Assembly: GCA_964016885.1 (NCBI GenBank)
Contig: OZ024740.1
Location: 403,558,001-403,622,000, forward strand
Reading direction: 5' to 3'
Length of the DNA stretch: 64,000 bases
DNA from: Eledone cirrhosa
Lineage: Eukaryota
Shown here one piece after another: positions 1 through 13,214 of this stretch. Under the pieces are notes generated by a model that was not told the DNA's origin, made no database searches, and worked only from the letters and a program-made list of their open reading frames with translations. Each line of letters starts with the position of its first letter. Position 1 is the stretch's first letter. The translations under genes were made by a program, and so were the position numbers.

Positions 1-260
1 ATACTCTGATATGCCTAGTTCCTGGTTGGGTTGTTATTTCACTGAGGAACTGGAATCATATCATATGATTCTAGTTCCTCAGTGAAATAACAACCCAACC
101 AGGAACTGGGCATATCAGAGTATTGACAAAGTTATACACCTCAACAACATATGTACTTGTCTATACCACACTATTCGGACTGCCTGAAGAGATCACAGCC
201 AAAGATGGCTGTCACCGAAATATATATAGCAGTAATAAACGAAGCTAAATTTTAAACATT
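1..260 (+). mobile_element. Penelope-like fold-back element (inverted arms 1-60 / 64-123) followed by a hammerhead fold
   Basis: Near-perfect 60-bp inverted repeat, then a CTGAAGA...GAAA core at 184-220 and an AT-rich tail. The Penelope assignment is inferred from the inverted-repeat plus hammerhead architecture. Confidence 0.55.
179..233 (+). ncRNA. Minimal type-I hammerhead ribozyme fold
   Basis: ACUGC-CUGAAGA-stem II (G..ACAGCC/GGCUGU..C, 2 mismatches)-GAAA-UAUAUA-UA-GCAGU. Stem I ACUGC/GCAGU; palindromic stem III. Confidence 0.6.
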
Positions 261-305
261 TGACTTATTTATTTTATTTTATTTTATATATATATATATA
301 TATTA

Positions 306-476
306 TAATTGTTTCTACTTTTGCAACAAGGCCAGCAAATACCCAGTGCATTACTGGTACTTTATTTTATCGACCCCGTAAGGATGAAAGGCAAAGTTAA
401 CCTCGGCGGGATTTGAACTCAGACCATAAAGGACCGTAACTCTATACTGCAAAGCATGGTGTCTGTCCGACTCTCT
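306..476 (-). mobile_element. tRNA-derived SINE, family A
   Basis: Reverse complement of the family consensus (B-box GAGTTCAAATCC, core GCCTTTCATCCTTACGGGGTCGATAAAATAAAGTACCAG). Confidence 0.85.
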
Positions 477-646
477 CAAGGATTCAGTATTGCATATATA
501 TATATATATGGATGGTAAGAATCGATCTTATAACAACTTTTCTCTCAGATCTTCTTCCATCATATCCCAGTGTGCCTGTATAATCGTACAAAGAAGCATA
601 ATGTGGATACATTTGTCTAGACAATATCTGACTCTTGAATTTATAA

Positions 647-694
<48 letters not shown>

Positions 695-1034
695 TTAAAT
701 AGAAAAAGATAAAAAGAGTAACCTCGTGACGTAAATCAAAATACATCCTGATTCACATATCAGTTGACGTAATGTACAGAGTTCATAGTGAATTCTATTA
801 TGCACACATACACACTCACACACACACATATATATGTATATGTGTATTTTTATTTGTTCTCCTTCCCCATTTTTTCTAAATGCATTTCCACACACCATCG
901 GAACTCTCTTCCTAACCTATTTATCCTGAAGAAGGGCCTATGCCCGAAACGCCCCACCCACCCCCACTCTTAAAAGCGTAAACCTAATAAACCTTTATTT
1001 GTCTGCCTCTCTGTTTTGTTCCCGTATACATTTG

Positions 1035-1086
<52 letters not shown>

Positions 1087-1088
<2 letters not shown>

Positions 1089-1266
1089 CGAAGGAGGTGT
1101 GGTAAGGAACCAGATGGACCATAACGCACCAGATAGTTAGGGTAATAGGGTAATGTTTAACCCCGACAGCAGAGCTCAAGCCGTTTGGACGGCTATTTCT
1201 GGACTATTTCTGTGTCCAGAAATAGCCGTCGAAACGGCTTGAGCTCTGCCGTCGGGGTTAAACATT
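1087..1266. mobile_element. Fold-back (Penelope-like) repeat family P1, next to (TA)n
   Basis: Inverted arms about 1153-1204 / 1211-1266. Related copies at 2369-2563, about 17030-17150, 18018-18123 and 44045-44216. Confidence 0.6.
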
Positions 1267-1694
1267 TTCATATATATATATTAATTTCTAATTTAGGTAA
1301 AAAGCCAGCAAATTTGGGGCGAGTACAAAGTTGATTAAATCAGCGTCACTACATGGTTAGTACTTTATCTTATAAACCCCGGAAGTACCAATCCCACGGT
1401 CCGGTATCTTGAGGAGGTATTTTCTCCTATAGCTCTGAGTCGACCAATGTCTTGTGAGTGAAATTGGTTAGAAGGAAACAAGTTGAAAGCCCATCAATTA
1501 AAAAGCACCTGTTTGTGGGTGGTACACTTAATTAGTCACTCATAATACCAACATCTGCTACTTAAACTAAGTATTCGAACTAGATTACCGGTTTGGGGAT
1601 AATCAAAAAGTTGTAGCTTCCCTCAGCACCCCCACCATATTTGAAACCGGAGAAAAGATCATCAGCACTGTTCTTCCTCCTCTGACTAAACTAT

Positions 1695-1760
<66 letters not shown>

Positions 1761-1986
1761 GTATATATATATATACTAGACCACCCGTGACCCGTTGGAT
1801 CACGTTCACTTAAAAATCATTTTAAAATAATTAAAATATACACAGACATGGATATAATGTGAAATGAAACTTGTTTTATTCCATTTGTATTCCCATTTCA
1901 AGGTCAACTTCCTTTCAAAGTATTTCTACATTATGCTGTATTACATTATAGACAAGCAAGCAAACAATCACAGAGTTTTAGTAGTA

Positions 1987-2038
<52 letters not shown>

Positions 2039-2567
2039 TGAAGATCCACATAAGGTGAAACAACTGTTCTCGGTATGGTGAACTAACTGTTGTGTTACTA
2101 CTTATATATATATATATATAAGAGATTAGAGCAAACATCACGGGCGCTCTATCTCAAAATTATTTTTGAAAAGCATTAGAAATGCGCAACCGGTAAAAAC
2201 TTAAACCCAAAACTGAATACTAACCAATACTATTACTAATTTTTACTTATTCCTAATTAAACTATTTTTCACTGGGAACAATTTGTCAGCATTTTCTTTT
2301 CCTTTTACCAATATATCATAACTCGTGTGTTACTACACCTCTATTCTTTTAAATATATATATATATATAACGAAAGAAATGTGGTAAGGAACCAGATGGA
2401 CCATAACGTACCAAAGTACTCAATACTTAGGGTAGTAGAGTGGGTAATAGGAACAAGTATGACCCTGACGGCAGAGCTCAAGCCGTTTCGACGGCTAATT
2501 CTGAACACAGAATTAGCCGTCGAAACGGCTTGAGCACTGTCGTCGGGGTCATACTTGTTCCTATATA

Positions 2568-2625
<58 letters not shown>

Positions 2626-2653
2626 TGTATGTATGTATGTATGTATGTATGTA

Positions 2654-2950
2654 TGTCTTCTTGCATATGTCTCGCCGACCCCAGAGTCGCCTTTCTAGCT
2701 TTCCGAAAGCATCACTTGCTTTCCTAATCCTAAGTGAGATTTCACTATCAAGGTTGCTGTATCGATTGACAGTGCTTCCCAGGTAGACAAACTGATCAAC
2801 CACTCCAAGTCGTTTACCATACACATAGATATTTGGTTCACTGTACTGCTTACCAGGGGCAGGTTGGTACATGACGACGGTTTTCTTGAGACCGACAGTC
2901 AATCCTAGGGCAGTGCAAGCATCAGAAAATGCATTCAAAATGTGCTGCAT
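2654..2950 (-). mobile_element. RTE-clade LINE, C-terminal reverse transcriptase fragment
   Basis: [23 protein letters not shown]...FVYLGSTV...[23 protein letters not shown], typical of RTE/BovB-type ORFs. Confidence 0.85.
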
Positions 2951-3420
2951 ATCACTCTCTGTGTGCGCTACAAGATCGCAATCATAAAGTAAGATCAGTG
3001 GTTGACTACCAGGCTGCTGTTGGAGATGCTACTCATCATGCTTGCCAAACATGTGGTAGAGAATGTAAATCAGCAGGAGAGCTCAAACGACATGCAAAAG
3101 TACATGAACTCCAACCATAGCCGGCTATTCCCAGTGAATGTTTTGGTTGCCGACTCTGTGCAAGACATTTTAGATCATTGGCTGGGCTAAAAAGCCACAT
3201 TCGATCGCAGCGCTGTTAATTGCTATCGTGTGTATAGATATGTTTATGTGTGTGCGTGTGTGTGTATATATATATATATTATTATTGTTGTTGTTGTCGT
3301 TATTATTATTGTTGTTATTATTATTATTATTATTATTGTTATTAATATATATATATATTTTTTTTTCTCGTGCAATGGCCATACTCGATAACGAGGGGGC
3401 AGCCATCATCATGTATGTAT
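2950..3420 (+). mobile_element. RTE-like LINE 3' end with two decayed C2H2 zinc fingers and 3' tail
   Basis: CQTCGRECKSAGELKRHAKVH, then CRLCARHFRSLAGLK/SHIRS after a stop and frameshift. Tail GGCCATACTCGATAACGAGGGGGCAGCCATCATC(ATGT)n recurs reversed at about 38138-38183. Confidence 0.6.
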
Positions 3421-3497
3421 GTATGTATATGTGTGGGTGGGTACGCGCGTGTGTGTATGTATATAGACATATATGTATATTTGCATATATGTACATT

Positions 3498-3573
<76 letters not shown>

Positions 3574-4509
3574 GTGCGTGTATGTATGTGTGTGTGTGTG
3601 TATATATGTCTATGTGTGTGTGTGTGTGAATATATATATATACATATATAAATTTAAAAGAGTCGAAGTCAGTATTGCAGCATAAGTGCAAACTTTATTT
3701 GCATATTACAATTGCTTCGATATCAATCAGCTCAGGGTACAACCAAGGTGACAGGGTCCGACTCGTTTTTGACATCTCGTCTGATATGCGAGCTTATATG
3801 TGCAAAGATATTTGACCTAAGGCTGTAGAACAAGAACTAAAAAACTTAACTTTTGATCTAATATGAAAAATCAATACTGGCTCCTATACATAGGCTGACG
3901 GCCACATATCTATAGGAAACGAAATTAGGAAAGTATGACGTATATTAGTTTCCTGAATACGTAAATGAAGTTACTTCAACTGTAAATCAAAACGGGAAGG
4001 GGTGTACAGTTTCTTTTCGGCGATCCTATTATTGTTGCTTTAATTATTATCAAGCTATTATAGTTTTTTAGTTTGATTTGTCTGAAATATATATTTTTTT
4101 AAATGAAGGGTTAAGGAAGTTAGATTTACTTGTTTTTCAATCGGAAATCAAAACTGCATTGTGGACATTATTCGCCGAGGGTTACACACACACACACACA
4201 CACACATGCACACACACATACACACACATTGTGGTGATGACTTCGATACGAAGATATCTAAAGGATATCACGAATATAATAAACATTCCTAATGATTATT
4301 TTTTCAAATGTGGCACAAAGTTACATACTTGGTTAAGAGTTGTTTTCGATTTGTATTTTATTGGTCTTTGTATTATCGACCTCAGTCTAAGGGATGAGCG
4401 GCAAAGTCCTTATAGCGTGATTTAAACTTAAAACGTATCGTGCCATAAGTAAATGCCGCAACAGTTTAAGCCCGCAAATCAATATATAGTATATATATGA
4501 GTGTACGAA

Positions 4510-4638
4510 TTGGCTGAGTCACTGGAACGTCGGATACAATGAATTGCGGTGTTCGTTCCAGCTCTCTGGGCTCCGAGTTCAAATCCCCGCGCGATCAACT
4601 TCGCCTTTCATTTTTTCGAGGTCGATAAAAAGTACCAA
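4510..4638 (+). mobile_element. Older, diverged SINE family A copy
   Basis: GAGTTCAAATCC B-box and GCCTTTCAT...GAGGTCGATAAAAAGTACCA core. Confidence 0.7.
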
Positions 4639-4901
4639 TCCGATTCTTCCTCTATATGTCTTTCACTTTTATCATGCCACACACCTTCTTTCTCCTTCTC
4701 AGGAAGAAATCGGATGTATTCAGAATTGGAGAGGAAATAAGCTCCATCAGTTTCAAAATGCCCACGAAATGCTGTATGTCACTATGGTATCTCTATGTCT
4801 CCACCAAACATTACTAGTCTATACATACATAGCATGCCATAATATAGTATAGTACAATGATTGTACATACATAGTATATCATAATATAGTATAATATAAC
4901 T

Positions 4902-5098
4902 GCTAATTTAGTCACAAGGCAAGCAAATTTGGGAGAAGGGCAAAGTTGATTAAATTAACTCCAGTAATTGACTTGTATTTTATTTTATTGAACCCAGAAG
5001 GATAAAAAGCGAAGTTGACCTTGATGGGATTTAAACTTAGATGTAAAGAACCAATGACATTTTTTCCGATGCTCTACCAATTTTGCCATTCCAGCACC
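4902..5098 (-). mobile_element. Older, diverged SINE family A copy
   Basis: Degenerate reverse match to the family A consensus. Confidence 0.6.
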
Positions 5099-5591
5099 CT
5101 AAACTGGCATAGTATAATATAAAATATACTTTCTATATTATAATATAACATGGTATAATATAATGTAATATAAATTATTCACCACTCTATAATTTGATTC
5201 CCCTGTTTCTTTTAATGTTGCACTAACAAGAAATAGAATTAAGAACTTAAGAGTAATAAGTCCAACAATAACATTAAAAGTGACAAGAACAAGTGTAAAG
5301 AAATATAGACGAAACCGAAAAGGAAATATTTTCATTAAAAAAAACCCAGAGAACAAATAGTTTCACGTCTTATGTTACCATCTTGTAATACCAGTTCGAA
5401 TACACCCTGTGAAAACTTTGCGCCAAGGTGTTTTGGTAATGATGTAGGCAAAACCTTTATCAAACAATGGCAATTGCATAAAACAAAAAAAGAAATAACA
5501 CCTGTAAGATTTCATTTAATGTTTTAACTGATTCATAGGTTGGCCAAAAAAACCTGTTAGGGGAAGGAAATGGGAAGGACAGAGAAATGAA

Positions 5592-5725
5592 CAAAACAAA
5601 ACAAAACAAAAATAAAATAAAATAAAATAAAATAAAATAAAATAAAATAAAATAAAATAAAATAAAATAAAATAAAATAAAATAAAATAAAATAAAATAA
5701 AATAAAATAAAATAAAATAAAATAA
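5592..5725. repeat. (AAAAT)n pentanucleotide microsatellite
   Basis: Seen directly; preceded by (AAAAC)n. Confidence 0.95.
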
Positions 5726-8132
5726 ATAAAATTAAATTAAATTACCCCCCCCCCCCCCCCAAAAAAAACCACATTCAGTTGAAACGGCTGAAAGAAGTTC
5801 CGGTTTGGTCACAATATGGTCACTGCAAATAAAATTCTTGAAATTCCCCGTTCCCTACCTTTACTAGTTGTTTGTCTCTCGCTTCCTCTGTACTTCATCT
5901 TTATATGCAAGACATTTCAGTGGTTTATTCAATCCGAAAGCTTATGGTGGTCACCATATAACATGCAAGGAATGTATCTAAAAAAGAGTATCATCATGAT
6001 CATCATCAACATTTACATATCTGATAATTCATTGATACGTAAATCAAGTAGACTTTACCTTTCATACATCAGCAAAATATGTAGCAGTTAAGTATTGGGT
6101 TTGGTTTAATCGGTTTTCCCCTTTTCTTCAAATTGCTTGACTTGTGACTACTGTAGAAACAATTATTTGAACGCTGTATATACAGAAATGGAAGAATACC
6201 TAACTAAATGCATTACAGCATCTAAATTTATTGTTATGGTCACAGACCCAAACGGGGAGCGCCATGAAAAAAAGTGCCCCAAAACGGGAAAAATTGAGGC
6301 AAAATAGGGAGATTTTACATAATGAAAGCTATACCCATTTTCACAAGAGAAGACATCTCTCACCCATCCCAGAGTGGGAGGGAGGTCTGTAGATTTTGCT
6401 AGGCTCGATTTTGCTTTACATCCTTTGAGAAAACCGTTAAAATAATTTCTAGTCAAATACTTGAGTTTGTTCCATCGATAGAATCTATAAATCTGTAGTT
6501 TTGTGACTGTGTTAAGAACCCTTATATTGTAGTGTAAAAGACCAAGTTTAGCTCGAGTTTTTGGTATCGTGAAGTGAAATACATTTCTACATCTAAGTCA
6601 CGCTATCATCGATTTTCCCTGTCATCTGTTCAATATTCATGAAATGCATATACCAGTTATATACTACAGTCAATACAATTGACAATACAAGTTAACGAAT
6701 GGTGTGGAGGATTAAAGTGTTGATTCTAAAAAAAAAATTACTGTAGTGATAAACTGCATGTTTATCACTATAGTAATTTTTTAAACTGCATGTTTATCAC
6801 TACATGTTATTTTCATATTTGACAAAAAGTCTTTCACAACCGCAAATATAATTCCTTTTGTAATGTATGCTTATGTTGCAATGTGTTACAAAATATACTT
6901 TTGAAGCGTAATACAGGATAAAAAACAATTGTAATAATTGAGTGGATCAGATCTCTATTCATTAGTAAAAATTAAGCTATGCTGTTATGATTTTATATTT
7001 TGTCACTAGGGCAACGTTGATTACTAAATAAGATAATACTACTTGTCGATTTAACGAGAAGGGAAAAAAAGCATAAACAGGTTAGGAAAGAAAAAAGGCA
7101 AAATCTCAAAGAATGCACAAGTAGAAATTGAATAATAGCACGTTGAGAAGGATGAAGAAAAATCCATTATTCTGAACTAAACTGCATTATTAACGTTTAG
7201 AAGTGATTTGTTTAAAAGAAATACGTGTATTTATAGCCTGCTCAATACAATTGTAGCTGTAAGAATCAATGACGTAGTCCAGCAGAATATAATAAGAACT
7301 AGTTATTGTATTATACAAAAGCCAGTATGTGTATTTTACAAATGCACAGAAATGGTATATTATATATAAAATGAATTAGCGATAAAATGTCCATCACTTA
7401 AAATTAAAGGGATAATGTATATTTTGTGGGAAAAAGTTACCTGCACCCCAAATACATTATGATTATTATAAAACTAGAGACTGAAATTACAAAATGTGGT
7501 AATGTTGCCCCTGGCTACAGAACTCTATGCTTTCGCCATGTCCTTGGTAACTGTGAATCTAATTTCTCTTACGCTAAACAATCACCTGATGTTGTAATGC
7601 TTAATTATAGCTTCAGCTCATGGTAATTAGTGATCCTATTGTCAATGTCACTTTTCTTCAGCTTTCGTTCCAAGAACAACAGATTTAAAATAAATTCTAA
7701 ACCCTAATCTATTATCTCAACAGAAACTGAATGTTTGCCGATACAAAAGCTACGATGTCCCCGCCGCCCCCCAATCTCCACAGATCCATATAGCTGTTTT
7801 ATTTTGTTTGTGTGTTACTATGTTGTCCATTAGTTACATGCATTGCATGTATATCTTAGTTGAAGTTACACCGCAGTTGATTTCTACTATCAAAGGTGTC
7901 GTATGCTCGTGATAATTTACTTTACTATAGAAGTTAACATATAGTAAGTTTCAAATATTGCAATAAATAAATAAATAGATAATTGTTCTGATTTAGGAAC
8001 AAGGTCAACCATTTTTTTGGGGGTGGGGGGGGGGGATAGTCGATTAAATCTGGTACTTTATTTTATAATAATTATGAGAAAAAAAAACATATCTTCATAT
8101 TTATTGTTTACTAATCTGAATAAGAACAACAG

Positions 8133-8163
8133 TAACCCGGGCAACGCCGGGTAATTCAGCTAG
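8133..8163 (+). mobile_element. Helitron 3' terminus
   Basis: GC hairpin ACCCGGGCAACGCCGGGT followed by CTAG|T. Related motifs at 60223-60250 and, reversed, at 57418-57450. Confidence 0.6.
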
Positions 8164-8213
8164 TACTTTTATAAAATAGGGGCAAATTGACAGTGTCAAT
8201 AGAACATCAGATA

Positions 8214-8400
8214 TAATTGTTTCTATTTTTGGCACAAGGCCACCAATTACACAGTACATTACTGCTACTTTATTTTATCGACCCCGTAAGGATGAAAGGC
8301 AAAGTTAACCTTGGCGGGATTTGAACTCAGACCATAAAGGGGCATAACTCTATGCTTCAAAGCATGGCGTCCGACCCTCTACCGATACTGCCAATCCCCC
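8214..8400 (-). mobile_element. tRNA-derived SINE, family A (full length)
   Basis: Full reverse match to the consensus; head followed by three CCAATCCCCCGCCCT repeats. Confidence 0.9.
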
Positions 8401-8784
8401 GCCCTCCTCCAATCCCCCGCCCTCCATCCAATCCCCCGCCCTTAATGGTATATGTTCCGGTTTTCTGCACACTGAATACCCTCTCTTTACTGCCACTCTC
8501 TTTACTTCTCTAGAATAAATCATCTGTGTTCAGACCTGGAGGGTGGATGAGTTCTACCAGTTTTAAAACATACCAAACAGACTAGATTCTTTATATTTAT
8601 TAACGAGAAGTACAAATATTTATATCTATTATGCTATTCAAGGTATTCTGAGCATCTGCGTCATCGGTGAATCTTTGCTGCTTAACAAAAACTGTGTAAT
8701 GCTAGAAAAAAGGTAACATCTGGGTGGTAGATCTGAGGAGTATGATGAATGAGACAAAATTTCCTAATCTAGGCCCTAATCTAC

Positions 8785-9030
8785 GTGAAGGCGCAAGGTT
8801 TAGTGGTAGAGAGGATTGGGCTTGCAATCGAAAGGTTGTGAGTTCAATTCTCGGACCGGGTGATGTGTTGTTTCCTTGAACAAGACACTTTATTTCACGT
8901 CGCTCCAGTTTACTCAGCTGTAGAAATGAGATGATAGGACTGGAGTCCCTATCATTAAATCACACTAGACACCTCTAACGAGATATACATTGGAGGAGGC
9001 CAGCTAAACCTGCATATGTGTGAGCTGGCA
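8785..9030 (+). mobile_element. tRNA-derived SINE, family B (CORE-like centre)
   Basis: tRNA-like head with B-box GAGTTCAATTC and CORE-like TTGTTTCCTTGAACAAGACACTT. Reverse copy at 44643-44883; head only at 39874-39911. Confidence 0.8.
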
Positions 9031-9699
9031 CACATAGCCCCCTCCCACACACACACACAATCTAGGCCCGTAAGATTCTGAATAATCAAATTGTGAAACA
9101 TATGGCTCCAATTTTGTTCAAGCTGTTTCACTTTTCATTTTTTTTAATAAACATAAGTAGGTGACATACTATACAAATAATCGAAAATGACAAAAATCTC
9201 TTTACACATCCACAACAAAGACATGCATGCATTGATTAGTGTTCGCTTGATCTAAATATTCAGCATTTTAGAAGTGAGACGATAGGTCAATGTGATTTCA
9301 TGTAATTCGTAAACAGCTATTAGTGGAATGATTCAAATGCATGGCTTTGATGAATTCAAAAAGAACAGGTTTATAATATTAAGTACGCTGTGAAAACTAA
9401 CAGATTGGTGACTAGCGCGATTAAGATCACCAAAAATAAATCACTGCAATATCACGAGACATGACAAAGTGCTTTGCGCGGGATAAAAAAGGACGTGTAT
9501 AGACATGAGGTAGACGGGCCTGTTCAGAAAAATGTATTGCAGTCTCCATCAAACGCTGCAAGAACTGACGATGGGCCTGAGATCTGTCCTGGCAGTCGTG
9601 GGGTGAATGCACATAGTTTACTTATCTCAAGACCTCAAAGAGGATTCGGAAGGGAGCAAACATTGACAACTAGTATCTGGAAGGTTACAACTCTTACTG

Positions 9700-11614
9700 G
9701 AGAGGGAACCTGGCACGGGTAGGTCTTTGATCAATTTAGATCAGTCGAAATCTTTCGATAGAGTCGACCATCGTTATCTGGCGGCAGTCCTAAGGGCGGC
9801 TGGCTTTGGGCCCGTCTTCAGAGGCTGGATCGCTGCCATGCACAGCGACATCTGCTCTGTGGTGAGAGTGAACGGTCACCTTTCGGAACCATTCAACATC
9901 ATGCGTTCGGTCCGCCAAGGATGTCCCCTCTCGTCCCTGTTGTAGGTATTGACTCTCGAGCCACTACTGCACTAACTGGAGACGTTGAGGGGGGTCCCGC
10001 GCGAACTGGTTCTCGGAAGATCCGTGTCAGCATATGCAGACGATGTCACTGTAGTGGTGTCGAACGCCAAACACATCGAGGCGATCGGCACTACACTAAG
10101 AGAATACGAAGCGGTGACAGGAGCAATGATCAACCAGGAAAAGTCGGTGGGTCTGCAGCTCGGCACCTGGAGAGGCAGGTCTATGCCGCCCAACAGCGTT
10201 GTCGGGCGCTGGACGGACGGACCGCTTAAATTACTAGGGATCTGGTTCGGTCCAGACCTCCAGACGGATAAAAACTGGGACGAGGTGACGAGTAGAGTGG
10301 CTTCTCTCACCCAGAAATGGGCAGAGAGGAAGATATCCCTGAAAGGTCGAGCAGAGGTGGCGAATGCGTACATCGCGTCCGTCATCTACTACAGCCTGAC
10401 CGTCGTACCTTGTCCTAAGCCTCGCCTGACTGCGCTGGAGCGTTTGTTCTTTCGCTTTTTGTGGAAGCGACGCGCTCCGATGGTCAGGCGGTCCATCTGC
10501 TGTCAACACCCGCTACTAGGAGGGCTGGGCATGCCATGGTTGATGATGCGCAGACACGCGCTCAGGCTACGACATCTCCACCTCTTCCTCGACGGTGATC
10601 AGGTGTGGTCGCCGTTTGCTAGACACGTCTTTCCCCAGCTCGTCTCCTTGACGGAGCTGCAGTCCTGGGTCAAGCGAAGACCGAGAGGGAGCGTTTGAAG
10701 ACTGGAATGTCTTCAGGCGCTCACAGCCCTCGACCAGTCGGGCAATACGATCGGTGGAAACTCCACCTCGGTGTTCTATAGAGGATTAGTGGAGGGGAAG
10801 AGCGACAACGTACTTGAGGAGACTCTGGGCGTCGGCGAAAATCAACTAGCCAATCTGTTCGGGAGAACTTTCAAGCCGGGGCCTATGGACAACTTCCAGA
10901 ATTCCCTGGCCTAGCAGTGCTACCGAGGAGCTTTGCCAGTTCGGGATAAACTCTACAGGCATGGAAGTGCCGTCAGCTGGGCATGTCCGAGATGCGCGCA
11001 AGGCGACGAAACCGTCCTAGCCACACTCGTCCAGTGTCCGAGCATTTCTGACTTGTGGGTTTATGTCGAACACCTGCTGTCGCGTGTAGGACGGATCCGG
11101 CTATCAGCTGAGTTAATTGTCAGAATTGCGCTGCCCTCTTCCTTTAGCTGGGAAGGACAGGCAGTTTTTATCTGTCTGGTGGACACGTTTGAAAGGGCTG
11201 AAGACGAGCACTTACCTCTTCGGTGATGCCCTGATTAACTTTTTCAAATTTCATTTGAAAAGGAAAATCAGGGTAGAGAGGGAAGTACTCTCTTCGCAGC
11301 ATTTTGTTGAAAGATGGGTGAGAGAGGCAAGCGCGACCCGAGTGAATATGCGTCTGTAAATTGAAGGTGGAAAACTGGGAGAGGGCACTTTCCCTGGTCG
11401 TTAGGGTCACCGTGGCTTTTTTAATGGGCTTTCCCCACGAATGTCCATCGGAAGTCTCCCCCCTATTGGGGAATTTTTCATTGTTTCTTTTTTGTTACAT
11501 CCTCTGTTTTTTGTTTTTTTTACACGCAGAAATGCCCATTTGTACCATCCTGTATTGTCCTGTATTGTCCTTAATGTTTTACTTTGTGTAAACCCTTGTG
11601 GTTAATAAAGAAAG
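9700..11614 (+). mobile_element. 5'-truncated L1/Tx1-clade LINE (RT plus C-terminal zinc knuckle), inactivated
   Basis: LDQSKSFDRVDH, VRQGCPLS, AYADD, LGGLGMP and LPVRDKL..CPRC..ET motifs, with in-frame stops. The 3' UTR ends CCCTTGTGGTTAATAAAG. Confidence 0.92.
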
Positions 11615-11625
11615 CATTATTATTA

Positions 11626-11626
11626 A

Positions 11627-11668
<42 letters not shown>

Positions 11669-11691
11669 TAGTGGTGGTAGTGGTGGTGGTG

Positions 11692-11724
<33 letters not shown>

Positions 11725-11783
11725 ATAGTAGTAGTAGTAGTAATAGTAGTATTAGTAGTAGTAGTAGTGGAAGTAGTAGTAAT
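11626..11783. repeat. (AGT)n/(GGT)n trinucleotide microsatellite
   Basis: Seen directly. Confidence 0.95.
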
Positions 11784-12215
11784 AAACTGAATTCTAAATT
11801 GGTAGGAGAATAAAAAAATCCATCCCAGATGATAAACAAACTAGTTGACTTAAGCAAACGACTTAGTTTTTACTTGACACCATCGACGTTGAATGTGTAT
11901 TCAACAAACACCTTGTTCGGCCAAAGGTGACATATACATTCTGAACATTAGTTACCTTATTTATTCATTATATTTGTTTATGCAGTTATTTTTATATATA
12001 TATTTTTGTATGTACAGATCCAATTTGTAGCTGATACCACAAAGACCACACGATTAAAACAAATAAATTTACGTTACCGTATCACCTCATAACTGGAAAT
12101 TTTGATAATTTTTTTCTAATTCCTCAATTCCTCAAGTACATTGATTTATAAATAATTGTAGTTGAATATTTAAATGGATAGATTAATATATTATTGATTG
12201 ATTGATTGGTTGACT

Positions 12216-12290
<75 letters not shown>

Positions 12291-12548
12291 AATGAATAAT
12301 AACAGGTAGACATCATAAAAAGGTAATTTATTCCGTGTGCTTACAAGTGTTTCCACGGTGGTACTGCAGCCTAGTTCCGCTACGTGCAAATTCACAAGTA
12401 CTTGCAGAACTCGAATATCCAATACGGAATACTGAAGGATCAGGAACTAAGTTTCTTGAACAATTCTTCCATAACTCGTAGAGTAACCTCTTACCGTACG
12501 TCAACCATATCCAGTGTAGTAATTAACCATTACTACATCTTGGATAAT

Positions 12549-12602
<54 letters not shown>

Positions 12603-12759
12603 CATGGTGGCTGCCAACTCGTTTTCGAGTACGGCCACTACTTTATATCCATGTAGGAGAACCCCTACCGATGCGCTGAACGAGTGTGACTTTTTAGTCC
12701 AGCCAGCGACTTGAAAACTCTGGTACAAACACTACACTTGTGACAATTATTGACACATA

Positions 12760-13205
12760 CTACGGGGTCCATGGTACCATGTGACGACAAGTGCTGAGAG
12801 ATCTCCAGATATAAAGCGATGCCTGTGCCGTGAAGCTTTTATAGTGAGCAAAGGCACTGCACAAAGCCAGTCCCACTCTCTTAACCAAGATGATATTTAC
12901 CAAAAAGAAGAACAAGTCAACATCATTGGATACCATCAGGGTTGCAGGTGTTATATCAGAGTTTTCCTTCTCCTCGAATTCTGCCTCGACAAAGGCTAAG
13001 GGGTCATCTCTCTCGGTGATTTTGGATGGCCATTGACTCTTAAGAGCTCTTTGCCCTTTGACAGGTTTTGTTTTTAGTCCTGCAGGATGTCCAAAGTCAC
13101 CCTCCTCACCAAGAAACCTTGGTGGGGTTGCCAGTTTAGTCGCCAACGACTCGACCATGGGACAGGTTGTACTGGAATACATGTTACCAGTAGCACCAAC
13201 TGGTG
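12760..13205 (-). mobile_element. Interspersed repeat, probably an RTE-like LINE 5' region
   Basis: Homologous to about 38225-38620 in this window. Minus-strand GGCGACTAAACTGGCAACCCC resembles RTE 5' UTR motifs (inference). Confidence 0.45.
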
Positions 13206-13214
13206 ACCTGACAT

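Noticed and set aside
926-951. CTGAAGA-AGGGC-CTAT-GCCC-GAAAC hammerhead-like core
   Set aside because: No stem III closure, cleavage triplet or stem I partner follows; truncated relic.
2929-3210. C2H2 zinc fingers as a host transcription factor gene
   Set aside because: They contain a stop and a frameshift, have no splice context, and lie between RTE RT and an RTE-type tail.
5379-5977. Candidate minus-strand exons 5859-5977 and 5379-5501 with AG/GT boundaries
   Set aside because: The first has stops in all three frames, the second has a weak donor and no recognisable protein, and I found no further exons. A lncRNA cannot be excluded.
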